In this document: positions 20,824 to 31,606 of the stretch, one piece after another
Numbering within the stretch: position 1 is the stretch's first letter
How the letters are laid out: every line of letters starts with the position of its first letter
Source: Myxococcota bacterium
Lineage (GTDB): Bacteria > Myxococcota_A > SURF-8
Assembly: GCA_965140415.1 (NCBI GenBank)
Contig: OZ223209.1
Span: forward strand, 3,648,001-3,712,000
Length of the DNA: 64,000 nucleotides
Direction: 5' to 3'
Notes under the pieces: generated by a model
Seen by the model: only the letters and a program-made list of their open reading frames with translations
What the model was told of the DNA's origin: nothing
The model's database searches: none
Position numbers and translations under genes: made by a program

Positions 20824-21246
20824 ATGCAGCTATTCGCCCTTCTACCGAAGAACGATCCGTACAGCAAGAGAATTGAAGAAAAGATTCTCGCCCTGAGTAC
20901 GACTTTGCCTGTCACGGTTCTCCGGGAACCTTCTGAACTAAGTGAGCAACTCAGGAAACCAGGGACCGATTCCTCGCTTTACATCCTACTCGCAACAAAA
21001 CATCTGCCACAACTAATCAAATTGAAGGACGTTCTCAATCGTCAAACCCTGTTTATTTTGCATCCAAAATTGGAGTCGGAAATATTACAGGAAATGTATC
21101 GTCTCAATCCGAAATTTATTTTCGGCCTTACCGATTATGAGATTCATTCATTCACCGAAACGCTACGCCATGTCGTCCAATCCAATGAACCGACAAGGCG
21201 CGCAACAAAGCTGCCACAAAAAGCGAAACAACAAACAGAGAAATGA
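20824..21246 (+). CDS. Hypothetical protein, possibly a degenerate receiver-like domain
   Basis: First ORF after the sigma-54 promoter; alternating beta/alpha pattern (QLFALL, LYILLA, LFILHP, PKFIF) without the acidic pocket. Confidence 0.6.
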   Translation: MQLFALLPKNDPYSKRIEEKILALSTTLPVTVLREPSELSEQLRKPGTDSSLYILLATKHLPQLIKLKDVLNRQTLFILHPKLESEILQEMYRLNPKFIFGLTDYEIHSFTETLRHVVQSNEPTRRATKLPQKAKQQTEK

Positions 21247-21259
21247 GAGGAATACGAAA

Positions 21260-23946
21260 ATGAAATGGACAATTTTAAAGAAATTCTTAGCGGCACTGGT
21301 ACCGGTCATTCTGATTGCCGTATTTATGATGTCATACTTTGCCTATAGTGGTTCGGCAGAACACCTGCTCAAACTTGAAGAAGAACGCACTCTCCTTCTG
21401 ATAGATAAAACGGTCGAAGATATCAACAATTGGCTAGACGAGCGTATGGCACAAGTCAAGCTATTCTCACAAACAGAGTTGTTTGTTCTTGCCTCGCAGG
21501 ATCAGGAAGTTGACAGCGCGAGAAAACTGTTGGAGCGCTATCATAAGACGTACCCTTATTATGAAAACATCTTCGTAGCCAGTCCATCCGGTGTGATTTT
21601 GGTCGATTCCATCCAAGGCAAGTCTGTAGGGATTGATATTTCAAAAATGCCGAATTACACCATCAACGTGCAAAAAGCGGCTAGCGGCACGGCTTGGCAA
21701 GGGGAAGTATTCAAATCTCCGGCCACCGGTCGTCCGGTTGCATTACTAACAGCACCAATAATGTCCAACGGCAAACTGATAGGTATTCTAGGCACACCAT
21801 TGGAAATCCAGCTTCTTTCCAAGCAACTGGTAAGTAACATTAAAATTGGAAAAACCGGGTATATTTATATCACAGATGCCAACGGCACCTTCCTGGCACA
21901 TCCGGTCGAAAAAAACATTCTTAATACCAGTCTGCAGAAGCTGGAATTCGGCCCACGCATGATGGCTCAAAAAGAAGGAACTCTCGCCTATGTATTCCAA
22001 GGCAGCAATCGAGTGGCCCACTTCCGAACAAATCCGAAGAATGGATGGATCGTTGCCACCAGCATCAGCGAAGAGGAACTGCTTCAACCAATTAACAACG
22101 TAACCCTGACATTGACCATCGTTGGTATCTTGGCAATTGCTTTCCTCATTATCACCATCACACTGATCAGTCGTCGGTTGATTTCCAATCCGATCCAGGG
22201 AATGGTTCAAACTCTTTCAGATGTCGCCAATGGTAATCTTTCCACCAGCATTGAAATAAAGGGGAATGATGAAATTTCGGAATTAGGGGCTGCCATGGAA
22301 CGCATGGTGGAAGCCGAGAAAGAACTAGCACGCGCAGCGACTGTGATCTCTCAAGGTGATTTATCGGTCACAATTACACCTCGGTCTGAACACGATACAC
22401 TTTCTCAAAGCTTGCTCGGAGTCGTGACATCTCTCAAAGCGCTTCAGGATGACATTGGGAGCATGATCGCAGCTCAGAAAACCGGCGATATCGAAGCACA
22501 TTGCAATGCCGACAAATTCAGTGGCGCATATGCCGAACTCTCTAAGGGGATCAATGAAGCGCTGGACGTAATTTCAGCTCCAGTAGTAGAAGCGATCGGG
22601 ATTATGAACGAGTACGCAAATGGAGAATTCAAGCGAGCCATGCGCGATCTACCCGGCAAGCAAATCATTCTGACCAAGGGAATGAATGGAATTCGGTCCA
22701 ACCTATTATCACTGATCGATGAAATCCAGATGCTGATTGATGCCGCAATCAAAGGCGATCTACATGTACGCGGCAAATACCAGCAATTTAACGCCTCTTA
22801 TTCGGAGGTCATTCAGGGTATCAACGACATTTTGAACGCCGTAATTACTCCAATAAACGAAGCTTCCGATGTGCTGCAGCAGTTGTCTGACCGCAACTTG
22901 ACAGCCCGCATGAACGGTAATTACCGAGGGGATTACGACAAGATCAAGAGCTACATGAACCAAACGGCGGATGTATTGGAAAACGCCATTGCACAAACAG
23001 CCCGCGCATCGGAACAGGTCGCCAGTGCCAGTAACGAGATCGCCAGCAGTAGCCAGCAAGTAGCCGAAGGCGCTTCCGAACAAGCCAGCAGCCTGGAAGA
23101 AACATCAAGCAGCCTGGAAGAAATGTCGGCATGACGAAACAGAATGCAGAAAATGCGACCCAGGCTAAAGCCATGACCGAAACCGTAAACAATTTGGCAA
23201 TGGACGCCGGTTCGTACATGAAAGAGATGGTCGATGCGATGGGCAATATCAGCGAGGCTTCCAAAGGAACCTCGGCTATCATCAAAGACATCAATGAAAT
23301 CGCTTTCCAAACGAACCTTCTCGCCTTAAACGCAGCCGTCGAAGCTGCACGAGCTGGAGAAGCAGGACGTGGATTTGCCGTTGTTGCGGAAGAAGTTCGC
23401 AACTTGGCGTTGCGCTCCAAAGAAGCTGCTCTAAAAACGGAAGAATTGATCAGAGAATCGGTTTCCCTTAGTGAAAACGGACAAACGATCTCCTCTCAGG
23501 TAGCTGGCAAACTTGATGATATTGTAAAATCTATCGATAAAACCACCGCCATTGTGGCAGAAATCGCCAGCGCTAGTGACGAGCAGGCACGCGGTATCGA
23601 TCAAGTCAACCGCGCAGTAGCTCAAATGGACAAAGTCACACAACAAAATGCAGCAAATTCTGAAGAATCCGCCAGTTCCGCCGAGGAATTGGCCAGTCAG
23701 TCCCAAGAACTGACCGCTCTTGTCCGACAATTCCAAATCAGTGAAACGCTATTGGGACAAAAAAAGAGCAACTTTTCTCCCAGCGATAAGCGTGCTCTAA
23801 CGACGGACACTTCTCCCAAACAATCTAATAAGCCGAAGCGGCAAGACAAACAAGAATTGACGAGAAACTCCGGAAACAGCGGAATCCACGTTTCTCCAGA
23901 GGAACTGATCCCGCTGGATGATGACCCGGATTACGCAGATTTTTAA
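21260..23946 (+). pseudogene. Methyl-accepting chemotaxis protein (dCache, poly-HAMP, MCP signal) split by a 1-nt frameshift at about 23129
   Basis: ORF1 (21260-23134) ends ...[11 protein letters not shown]2 (23131-23946) starts MTKQNAENA and carries [31 protein letters not shown] and a C-terminal DYADF pentapeptide. DNA reads GAA ATG TCG GC ATG ACG. Could be a sequencing error. Confidence 0.85.
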
Positions 23947-24019
23947 TTGCCATGCCAAGTCGTCTTGATTAACTGGAACGAAAATAGCGAATCGTTCCCC
24001 AATAAAAAAGGATAAGATC

Positions 24020-24412
24020 ATGTACCAAATCGAACTGAAATCATCAATTTACAAATTGACCTTCTCAGGTGTTCTTTCACCTGACGATATGAAAAACTGG
24101 CTTAACGAAAGCAAACAACAGCTTGCTTCTGCTCCCACCAAATTCGGCGTCTTCGTGGATATGCGTGACATGAAACCCCTTTCCGAAGATTCCCAGCAGT
24201 ACATGAAAGAAGGACAAGCCGCTTTCAAATCAAAAGGCATGGTGCGCTCGGTCGTCATTCTGAATGATACTGTCACCACAATGCAGTTCAAACGCATCGC
24301 CCGTGAAACCGGAATCGATAGCTGGGAACGCTACATCGATGCTTCCCGCAATCCGGAATGGAAAAAAGCCGGTTTGGATTGGCTGGTCAACGGTCTGGAT
24401 CCCGATGCCTGA
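24020..24412 (+). CDS. Hypothetical protein, STAS/SEC14 (SpoIIAA-like) type
   Basis: 130 aa alpha/beta protein with FGVFVDMRDMKPL motif; AAGGA RBS; follows the MCP. Confidence 0.65.
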   Translation: MYQIELKSSIYKLTFSGVLSPDDMKNWLNESKQQLASAPTKFGVFVDMRDMKPLSEDSQQYMKEGQAAFKSKGMVRSVVILNDTVTTMQFKRIARETGIDSWERYIDASRNPEWKKAGLDWLVNGLDPDA

Positions 24413-24437
24413 TTGATATACATCAACGCACGACATT

Positions 24438-24480
24438 CCCGGCAGGCGATTCCGTTCGGTTTCGTTTGCCGGGCTTGTCT
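24438..24480 (+). terminator. Probable terminator hairpin after the MCP operon
   Basis: CCCGGCAGGCGA...TCGTTTGCCGGG stem with G-U pairs; weak U tail. Confidence 0.5.
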
Positions 24481-24715
24481 CACGAATTGTATCGAGAAAC
24501 CAATCATCGCCGATGCTAAGAACGATGGTTCCCCCTCTTCTGATTCACTCCAGTTTCAAGAACAACGACAGGTCACATCCTGAAACTTAAACAAGTTTAT
24601 TTTCCGACAATCTTCCTCGGATTAAATTAATCTGCTATTCTATCTACTGTACACGGCAGTATTCGAAATCACTCCTTTACAGGAGATTCTCAAACCGTAA
24701 CGGTGGGATGTCATT

Positions 24716-26545
24716 TTGGTCGGACAACCTTTCGTACAAGGAATACTGAGTTTACTCCTATTCGCCTTAGCTGGCCGAATTGCAAGGAGGCTTCGCAATC
24801 TCGGAACGGGAAATCGCTGGAATGCGGTAACGATACTGCTGACACTTCTACTTATTTACCAAGTATTCTCTCTTGCTGTTCTGTCGTTCATTTCAACAAT
24901 TACATTACCACCCATCCCTATCGAGGCCGCAGCCACGGCTCTTGCATTGCTGATGATTGTCGGATTTGGGCAGCTTCAAGATATGGTTACATCCAGATTA
25001 CAAGGCAATCAGGAACGTGATGAAATCCAACAAAACGTGGAAAAAGAAGTTCAGAAACGAACACAGGAAATTCTACAATCAGGAGAAGAACACTTTAAGC
25101 TGGTGATGGAACAGTCCCCCTTGCCTTTCGAACTCTATGACACCAGTGGAATAATGGTATTTGCAAACGAAGCTTGGGCACAGTTGTGGGGGATACACAG
25201 CCCGAAATCCATGATGGGAGAATACAACGTTCTTGAAGATGAACAGGCACAAAACCTGGGATACAGTGATGGATTTAAAAAGGCCTTGCAAGGACAGTTC
25301 GTGGATATTCCCGAAGCCTGTTACAACCCAAAAGAACACCACAATCCGAGTCGCAAGCGCTATTTGCACTCCAGAATCTATCCACTGCAAGGTCGCTCCG
25401 GCAAAATAAAGTACGTGTCCATTACTCATTTCGACATTACAGAGCAAAAACATTCGGAACTTCAGTTACTTAAAAACGAACAGCAATTAAAAGCTACTAA
25501 CGAACGCCTGCGCCGCTCCATCAATGAATTGGAAAAGCGCAATCGAGAAATTGCACTGCTGAATCAAATGATTGAACTATTACAAGCCTGCCGCTATGCG
25601 GAAGAAACTTATGCCATTTTGAACATGACCCTGGAAAAAATCTTCCCTGAAGACTCCGGTGTTATTCACCTATATGATCAAACACATCAGAGAGCGGAAA
25701 TCGTTAGCAATTGGGGAAATAATTCCAATTACCTTCGTGGTTTTTCCAAACTGGATTGCTGGGCGCTACGTCGAAGTAAACCTCACATGGTGGATAAGGT
25801 GGAAATTGCACCGGTATGTGCACACCTGAACCCTCCACCAACCTATGGCTATGTCAGCCTGCCGCTGCAAGTGGAAAATAACACGATCGGAGTGCTGCAT
25901 ATGTTCTTCAGCGGAGGGGATGGACGATCGGAACAATCTCACTTACGCGACATTCATTCCAAACAAAATCTGCTAACCACCATAACAGAACAGTTCTCTC
26001 TGGTCTTTTCCAACTTAAAAATGCGGGAACGCTTACGCAGCCAATCGATACGTGACCCGCTGACCAATCTCTACAACCGGCGCTACCTGGAAGAAACCCT
26101 GGATCGAGAAGAACGCCGAGCCTCGCGTCAACAAGGCTCGCTAGCGATATTGATGATTGATATCGATCACTTTAAAGATTTCAATGATCGCTTTGGTCAT
26201 AAAGCCGGTGACGATATTCTGGTCGGTCTGTCAGAGCGGCTACAGATGAATATCCGTGGAGAGGACATTGCCTGTCGCTACGGGGGCGAAGAATTCGTGT
26301 TGATACTCCCTGGGGCAAGCCAGGAAAATGCCATACACCGCGCAGAGCAAATCCGGCGCGATGTTTCCGACAACCTCAATATCTCCACTGATGGTCACTC
26401 CCTTCATACCATTACCGTTTCGCTGGGTGTTGCAATCTATCCGGATCATGCCCAAAACATTCAAGATGTTCTTAAAGAGGCAGACAAAGCCCTGTATGTA
26501 TCGAAAAATCAGGGCAGAAATGCCATTACGGTAGCTACCTGTTGA
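24716..26545 (+). CDS. Membrane diguanylate cyclase (TM-PAS-GAF-GGDEF)
   Basis: DPLTNLYNRRY, DIDHFKDFND, RGED I-site, RYGGEEF, ADKALY. Start codon uncertain. Confidence 0.93.
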   Translation: MVGQPFVQGILSLLLFALAGRIARRLRNLGTGNRWNAVTILLTLLLIYQVFSLAVLSFISTITLPPIPIEAAATALALLMIVGFGQLQDMVTSRLQGNQERDEIQQNVEKEVQKRTQEILQSGEEHFKLVMEQSPLPFELYDTSGIMVFANEAWAQLWGIHSPKSMMGEYNVLEDEQAQNLGYSDGFKKALQGQFVDIPEACYNPKEHHNPSRKRYLHSRIYPLQGRSGKIKYVSITHFDITEQKHSELQLLKNEQQLKATNERLRRSINELEKRNREIALLNQMIELLQACRYAEETYAILNMTLEKIFPEDSGVIHLYDQTHQRAEIVSNWGNNSNYLRGFSKLDCWALRRSKPHMVDKVEIAPVCAHLNPPPTYGYVSLPLQVENNTIGVLHMFFSGGDGRSEQSHLRDIHSKQNLLTTITEQFSLVFSNLKMRERLRSQSIRDPLTNLYNRRYLEETLDREERRASRQQGSLAILMIDIDHFKDFNDRFGHKAGDDILVGLSERLQMNIRGEDIACRYGGEEFVLILPGASQENAIHRAEQIRRDVSDNLNISTDGHSLHTITVSLGVAIYPDHAQNIQDVLKEADKALYVSKNQGRNAITVATC

Positions 26546-26647
26546 AATCTTTCCAACATACGGAATTCAGATCGATTTTGGATATTGATTGCATTTTAAA
26601 AGCTTACAATATGTTCGAAAGCAGTGCATCAAGCGGATGGAGGGAGC

Positions 26648-27949
26648 ATGTCATCCAGAAAGACCGGACCTGATGTAAACTTGAATCTGAATGTTCGTGG
26701 ACTGGCGATCTCCGCCACACTGGCAATTCAAGAAAGATCCAATCAGTTAAGAGCGGAAGGTCGGCACATCTATCGCCTTGGATTAGGACAATCCCCATTT
26801 CCCGTACCCCATGTCGTTACGGAAGCTCTCAAAAATAATGCACATCAAAAAGACTATTTACCTGTTCGCGGTCTTCGAGCACTACGAGATGCCGTAGCGG
26901 ATTATCACAGTTCACGATGTCGAATCGGAGTTTCCGGGGCAGACGTGATGATCGGACCTGGAAGCAAGGAATTGATGTTCATTCTGCAACTGGTTTACTA
27001 TGGGGATCTGATTATTCCTTCTCCAAGCTGGGTATCACACGCTCCACAGGCCCAGATCATCGGTCGCAAAGTACGCTGGATCCCAACATTCCAGACAAAC
27101 CAATGGAAACTAACTGCAAAAGAATTGGAAAACATCTGCCTGGAGGATCCCGACCGGCCACGCATCGTCATACTTAACTATCCCAATAATCCAACCGGCA
27201 TCACCTATTCCGCTAATGAACTGAAGAAAATTGCACGTATCGCACGTCGGTATCGAATAATCGTATTATCAGACGAAATTTACGGAGAACTGCACCATAC
27301 AGGCCAACACACTTCGATTGCCAGTTTTTACCCGGAAGGCACCATCATCAGCAGTGGGTTAAGTAAATGGTGCGGCGCTGGGGGTTGGCGACTAGGAACC
27401 TTCACTTTTCCCAGACAGCTTCGCTGGCTGCTAGACGCCATGGCCGCTGTCGCAAGTGAAACCTACACATCCACCAGCACTCCCATTCAACATGCCGCCG
27501 TTCGCGCCTTCAAAGGTGGCATGGAAATCGAGCGCTACCTGGTAGATTCCAGGCGAATTCTGTATGCCCTTTCCTCCCGCATCGTGGCAATGCTACACAC
27601 TTCTGGTATTAAACTTTGTAAGCCGGAAGGTGGCTTTTACATGTTCCCTGATTTCAGTCCATTAGCGGAAAAACTTGCCAGACAAGGAATTTCCACCAGC
27701 CAGCAACTTTGCACAAAACTGCTAGAAGATACCGGTGTTGCGACTCTTCCAGGGGCAGCATTCGGGAGACCACCAAATGAATTGACAGTCCGAGTCGCTT
27801 ATGTAGATTTCGATGGAGCTCAGGCACTAGCCCAAGCGGAACAGGTATCGAAAGATTCACCCCTTAACGAAAATATGCTGAATACTTGCTGCACCAACAC
27901 ACTTGAGGCCTTTGAGAAAATTCTGGAATGGTTGAATTGTTTGTTTTAA
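26648..27949 (+). CDS. PLP-dependent aminotransferase class I/II
   Basis: NYPNNPTG, SDEIY, SGLSKWCGAGGWRLG; GGAGGG RBS before ATG 26648. Confidence 0.93.
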   Translation: MSSRKTGPDVNLNLNVRGLAISATLAIQERSNQLRAEGRHIYRLGLGQSPFPVPHVVTEALKNNAHQKDYLPVRGLRALRDAVADYHSSRCRIGVSGADVMIGPGSKELMFILQLVYYGDLIIPSPSWVSHAPQAQIIGRKVRWIPTFQTNQWKLTAKELENICLEDPDRPRIVILNYPNNPTGITYSANELKKIARIARRYRIIVLSDEIYGELHHTGQHTSIASFYPEGTIISSGLSKWCGAGGWRLGTFTFPRQLRWLLDAMAAVASETYTSTSTPIQHAAVRAFKGGMEIERYLVDSRRILYALSSRIVAMLHTSGIKLCKPEGGFYMFPDFSPLAEKLARQGISTSQQLCTKLLEDTGVATLPGAAFGRPPNELTVRVAYVDFDGAQALAQAEQVSKDSPLNENMLNTCCTNTLEAFEKILEWLNCLF

Positions 27950-28218
27950 GATGATCCCAGGATTTCACAATACGGATGGTTAATTGTAGGAAATATCTTA
28001 CAGTGCTATTTTTCCACGACTTTTTCATGGTTTTTATTGACGAGACATAGGTTGTTCGATACGATGCTCCCTGTTCAGACACACAACCCATTTCGGATTT
28101 GGAAGCACCGTTTGGAAGTGTGGTTTGTACTTGGGCCGAGGATTGATTCCGCTCTTTATTTGGCGCGTGAAGACGGAATTATGGATAATATCACTATTTT
28201 TACGAAAAATAATACAGA

Positions 28219-29160
28219 ATGAATTCTGCAAGTGTTCGAATAGAAGCGACAACCTTCTATGGTTGGAAAGGGTATCGACTCTGGTTGGATGACATCAGTG
28301 TCGGAGTGATTCCGGAGATCGGTGGTCGCATCATTTCGTTGAAACAGTTGGATGAAGAATTACTGTTTGTACAGGACGATCATCTTGGAGAAACCTTTTC
28401 TTTCGATCAGATCAGCGATCTACGCGAGGAAAAACGGCGCTTAGGATTTCGCTTGTGGGGTGGAGATAAAACCTGGATTTCTCCCCAAGAACAATGGTGG
28501 GAAGCCATTCCACCGCTTGAATTGGACGCCGGTGCCTACCGATGCGAACGGGTCTCCGATGGTGTTGTCATGGTCAGTCCTGTATGCCGCGAGACAGGAC
28601 TTTCCATAACGCGGAAAGTACGACTCCTTGCAGACGGACAAATCGAACTTACACAAACGCTGTGCAACCATGGTAAATCGATAGCCACTCGTGGCATCTG
28701 GGATGTTACGCAATGTCTCCGTCCTTTCGATGTCTATTTAAGAGCGAAAGCAGAACAGATCCGAGCGTATCCTAACGAGGGCGATTCCGAACGCCTATTC
28801 GAAACATTGGTCAGCTCTGTTGGAGAATGGACTTGCATTCCCTGTAGGGAAGCCGCTCATTTCAAGTTTGGCGGCAACCTCAATAAAGGTGAATTAATCG
28901 CGCTACGCCATGGCAACAATGAAACCTTGTCGTTCAGCCGTGGATTTGCCATCTCTCCAGATGAACCATACGCACATCAATCCATGGCGGAAATCTACAA
29001 TTCCCCCAGCTATAACTACCTGGAAATCGAAGTCCACGCTCCCTTGCAACCTTTGGCTCATGGCGAAACAATCGAACACAAACAAACGTGGCGGCTTGAA
29101 CGATACAGCGGAAATCTTGAAATCGATGATGTAGTAGCCCTTCAAAACGAGTTCGATTGA
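28219..29160 (+). CDS. DUF4380-like / galactose-mutarotase-fold protein
   Basis: PEIGGRIISL, WGGDKTWISPQ, YLEIEVHAP motifs. Confidence 0.7.
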   Translation: MNSASVRIEATTFYGWKGYRLWLDDISVGVIPEIGGRIISLKQLDEELLFVQDDHLGETFSFDQISDLREEKRRLGFRLWGGDKTWISPQEQWWEAIPPLELDAGAYRCERVSDGVVMVSPVCRETGLSITRKVRLLADGQIELTQTLCNHGKSIATRGIWDVTQCLRPFDVYLRAKAEQIRAYPNEGDSERLFETLVSSVGEWTCIPCREAAHFKFGGNLNKGELIALRHGNNETLSFSRGFAISPDEPYAHQSMAEIYNSPSYNYLEIEVHAPLQPLAHGETIEHKQTWRLERYSGNLEIDDVVALQNEFD

Positions 29161-29326
29161 TTCTTATTTTCAGCCTCCCTTCTTCTTCACCAATACACAA
29201 ATCTGCTGGAAATTTGTTTTCCATTATGGTATATTCTATATACTTTACTTACATTACAGGGAATTTCCCTTTAGAAGTTGAAAATTTATTAACACCTTGC
29301 CGATACCCTGATAAAAGGAGCCGGCC

Positions 29327-30835
29327 ATGAATGAAGAGTTTGCGGAACTTATTAACCGATTGCGTGAAGTATCCGATATCCGAATGGCAGAAGGTCTGTT
29401 AGGATGGGACCAGCAAACCTACATTCCCGCAAAAGGACACACAGCCAGAGCACGACAAATTGGAGTATTGTCTTCACTTGCCCATGAACGCCTCTGCTCA
29501 AAGGAACTGAATGACCTGCTGCAATCGTTATCCAAAGACTCCAGTTTGAGTGAAGAGCAACAGGCACTACTTCGTGAGGCAAAACGAGATCGCGAGAAAG
29601 CTGTCAAGGTTCCACATGATTTGGTAAGAGACATCAGTCAAACCGCCGCACAAGCACACAGTATCTGGGTTCAGGCGCGCAAAGAAAACAACTTCTCCAC
29701 TTTCGAACCGATTCTAGCCAAACTAGTGGAGTTAAAACAAAAAGAAGCGGAAGCTCTTGGTTATGACGAAGATGGTTGTAGCTATGACGCTTTACTGGAC
29801 GCTTTCGAGCCACGAGCAACGGTAAAGAAACTCAATCCAATCATCGAAACCGTGCGGGATGTATCCGTTGCCGCAGTCAAAGCGATCAGCCAATCCAAAC
29901 GCAAACCCAAATCGGAAATTTTAAGACGCTTCTTCTCCAGGCAGGGACAGCAACGCATTGGAAACGAAGTCACCGCAGCGATCGGATTCGATTTCGAAGC
30001 GGGACGTATTGATGAAGCCGTGCATCCTTTTACATCCAGCTTCGATCCTCAGGATGTGCGTCTGACGACACGCTACGACGAAGACTGGCTGCCAACCAGC
30101 CTTTTCGGGTTAATCCATGAAGCCGGGCACGGCATGTACGAACAGGGATTGCCGGTGGAACATGTGGGAACGCCGCTTGGAGAAGCGGTTTCGCTCGGCA
30201 TTCATGAATCGCAATCCAGATTCTGGGAAAACCAGATCGGGCGCAGTTTGTCTTTCTGGAAATACGTTTATCCCGGTCTCAAAGAGGTTTTCCCGACTGC
30301 ACTGGGAGATGTAAACCTGGAGCAATTCCATTTTGCAATCAACACCGTTGCTCCTTCACTCATCCGGGTGGAAGCAGACGAAGTCACCTATAACCTGCAT
30401 ATCATCATTCGCTACGAAATCGAGCAGGATCTATTTTCCGGAAAGATTTCCGTATCCGAATTGCCGAAGATCTGGAACGAAAAAATGGAAGCCTATCTAG
30501 GCATCCGTTCGGAGAGCGATACCAAAGGCGTGTTGCAGGACATTCACTGGTCTTTCGGAGGCTTCGGCTATTTCCCCACATATCTGCTTGGCAATCTGTA
30601 TGCGGCACAATGGATGGCAGCGTTAAGAAAAGACTATCCAAATCTGGACGAGATGATCGCCAACGGCGAGTTTTCAACGATTCGGGACTGGATGCGTGAA
30701 AAGATCCACAAACATGGCCGCCGCTATACGGTATCGGACCTGGCTCGCCTGGCCAGTGGAGAAGATTTAAATCCCGATCATTTCGCCAATTACCTGAAAG
30801 ATCGTTTCGCACCGTTGTACGACGTAAGCTGGTAA
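29327..30835 (+). CDS. M32 metallocarboxypeptidase (carboxypeptidase Taq family)
   Basis: LGWDQ, HPF, HEAGH zinc motif, HESQSRFWEN, IRVEADE, QDIHW, GYFPTY. Confidence 0.97.
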   Translation: MNEEFAELINRLREVSDIRMAEGLLGWDQQTYIPAKGHTARARQIGVLSSLAHERLCSKELNDLLQSLSKDSSLSEEQQALLREAKRDREKAVKVPHDLVRDISQTAAQAHSIWVQARKENNFSTFEPILAKLVELKQKEAEALGYDEDGCSYDALLDAFEPRATVKKLNPIIETVRDVSVAAVKAISQSKRKPKSEILRRFFSRQGQQRIGNEVTAAIGFDFEAGRIDEAVHPFTSSFDPQDVRLTTRYDEDWLPTSLFGLIHEAGHGMYEQGLPVEHVGTPLGEAVSLGIHESQSRFWENQIGRSLSFWKYVYPGLKEVFPTALGDVNLEQFHFAINTVAPSLIRVEADEVTYNLHIIIRYEIEQDLFSGKISVSELPKIWNEKMEAYLGIRSESDTKGVLQDIHWSFGGFGYFPTYLLGNLYAAQWMAALRKDYPNLDEMIANGEFSTIRDWMREKIHKHGRRYTVSDLARLASGEDLNPDHFANYLKDRFAPLYDVSW

Positions 30836-31015
30836 ATCGCGGGTTTCTTCCAGAGTCAGACCTTGACCTTTCAATAGCGCTCAACGAATCCTTGAAAGTA
30901 CCGGCTGTGAATAGCAACAGACCGATTGGATAAAAACAAAACAGCCGCTTTCGGTTCAACCGATTGTGGCTTTCTTATATTTTAGAAACAAACAGTAAGA
31001 ATTATTTTGGAACAG

Positions 31016-31492
31016 CTACAGCAAACGACGGTACACTACCGTATGCTCATAATACGGATGTGGCGGCGGATCGTTCAAATCGCTACGTTCGAACCCATTG
31101 ATTTGATAGAACTTCACGGCGTTGCTTGAAATCGCATCCGGGCTGATTCCAACCCTTAGCTCACTAGCACCCATGCTTTGAATATCTTTGATAACCCGGT
31201 GAAGAAGCGCCGTCCCGAGCTTGTGACCTCGGAAATATGGATCGACAAACAGAAATCCCACCCAGTAACTCGCAGACTGGCTAGTAGAAATATAGCCGCC
31301 GATTGCAACCAGATCCCCCTCCCATTCCAACACATAATGCTGTCCGTTTAAGGGATCGATCTCATCTTGCTCGAAATACAGGCGGAAAAACTCACGCGCT
31401 ACATCTTCATCGTTTTCATCATGTCGAGAAATAATTCCAAGAGCGCGTTCCAGATCCTTTGGTTCAATGGGACGTATAAAATAGTCGTCCAT
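31016..31492 (-). CDS. GNAT N-acetyltransferase
   Basis: FVDPYFRGHKLGTALL acetyl-CoA motif and NAVKFYQINGF. Confidence 0.88.
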   Translation of the reverse strand: MDDYFIRPIEPKDLERALGIISRHDENDEDVAREFFRLYFEQDEIDPLNGQHYVLEWEGDLVAIGGYISTSQSASYWVGFLFVDPYFRGHKLGTALLHRVIKDIQSMGASELRVGISPDAISSNAVKFYQINGFERSDLNDPPPHPYYEHTVVYRRLL

Positions 31493-31606
31493 TCATCACT
31501 CCATTGCTAAACCGAAATATACCGACTATACATATTGTATTGATAGCCACAAGTTTTGTAAAGCTTCGAACGAAAAAAAAGAATTTGGGTGTTTCCCCAA
31601 GATGAA

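Noticed and set aside
23129-23134. Programmed ribosomal frameshift in the MCP
   Set aside because: No slippery heptamer, long homopolymer or stimulatory structure at the junction.
28037-28222. 61-aa ORF overlapping the start of the DUF4380-like gene
   Set aside because: TTG start embedded in a TTGACG promoter-like element; no RBS or motif.
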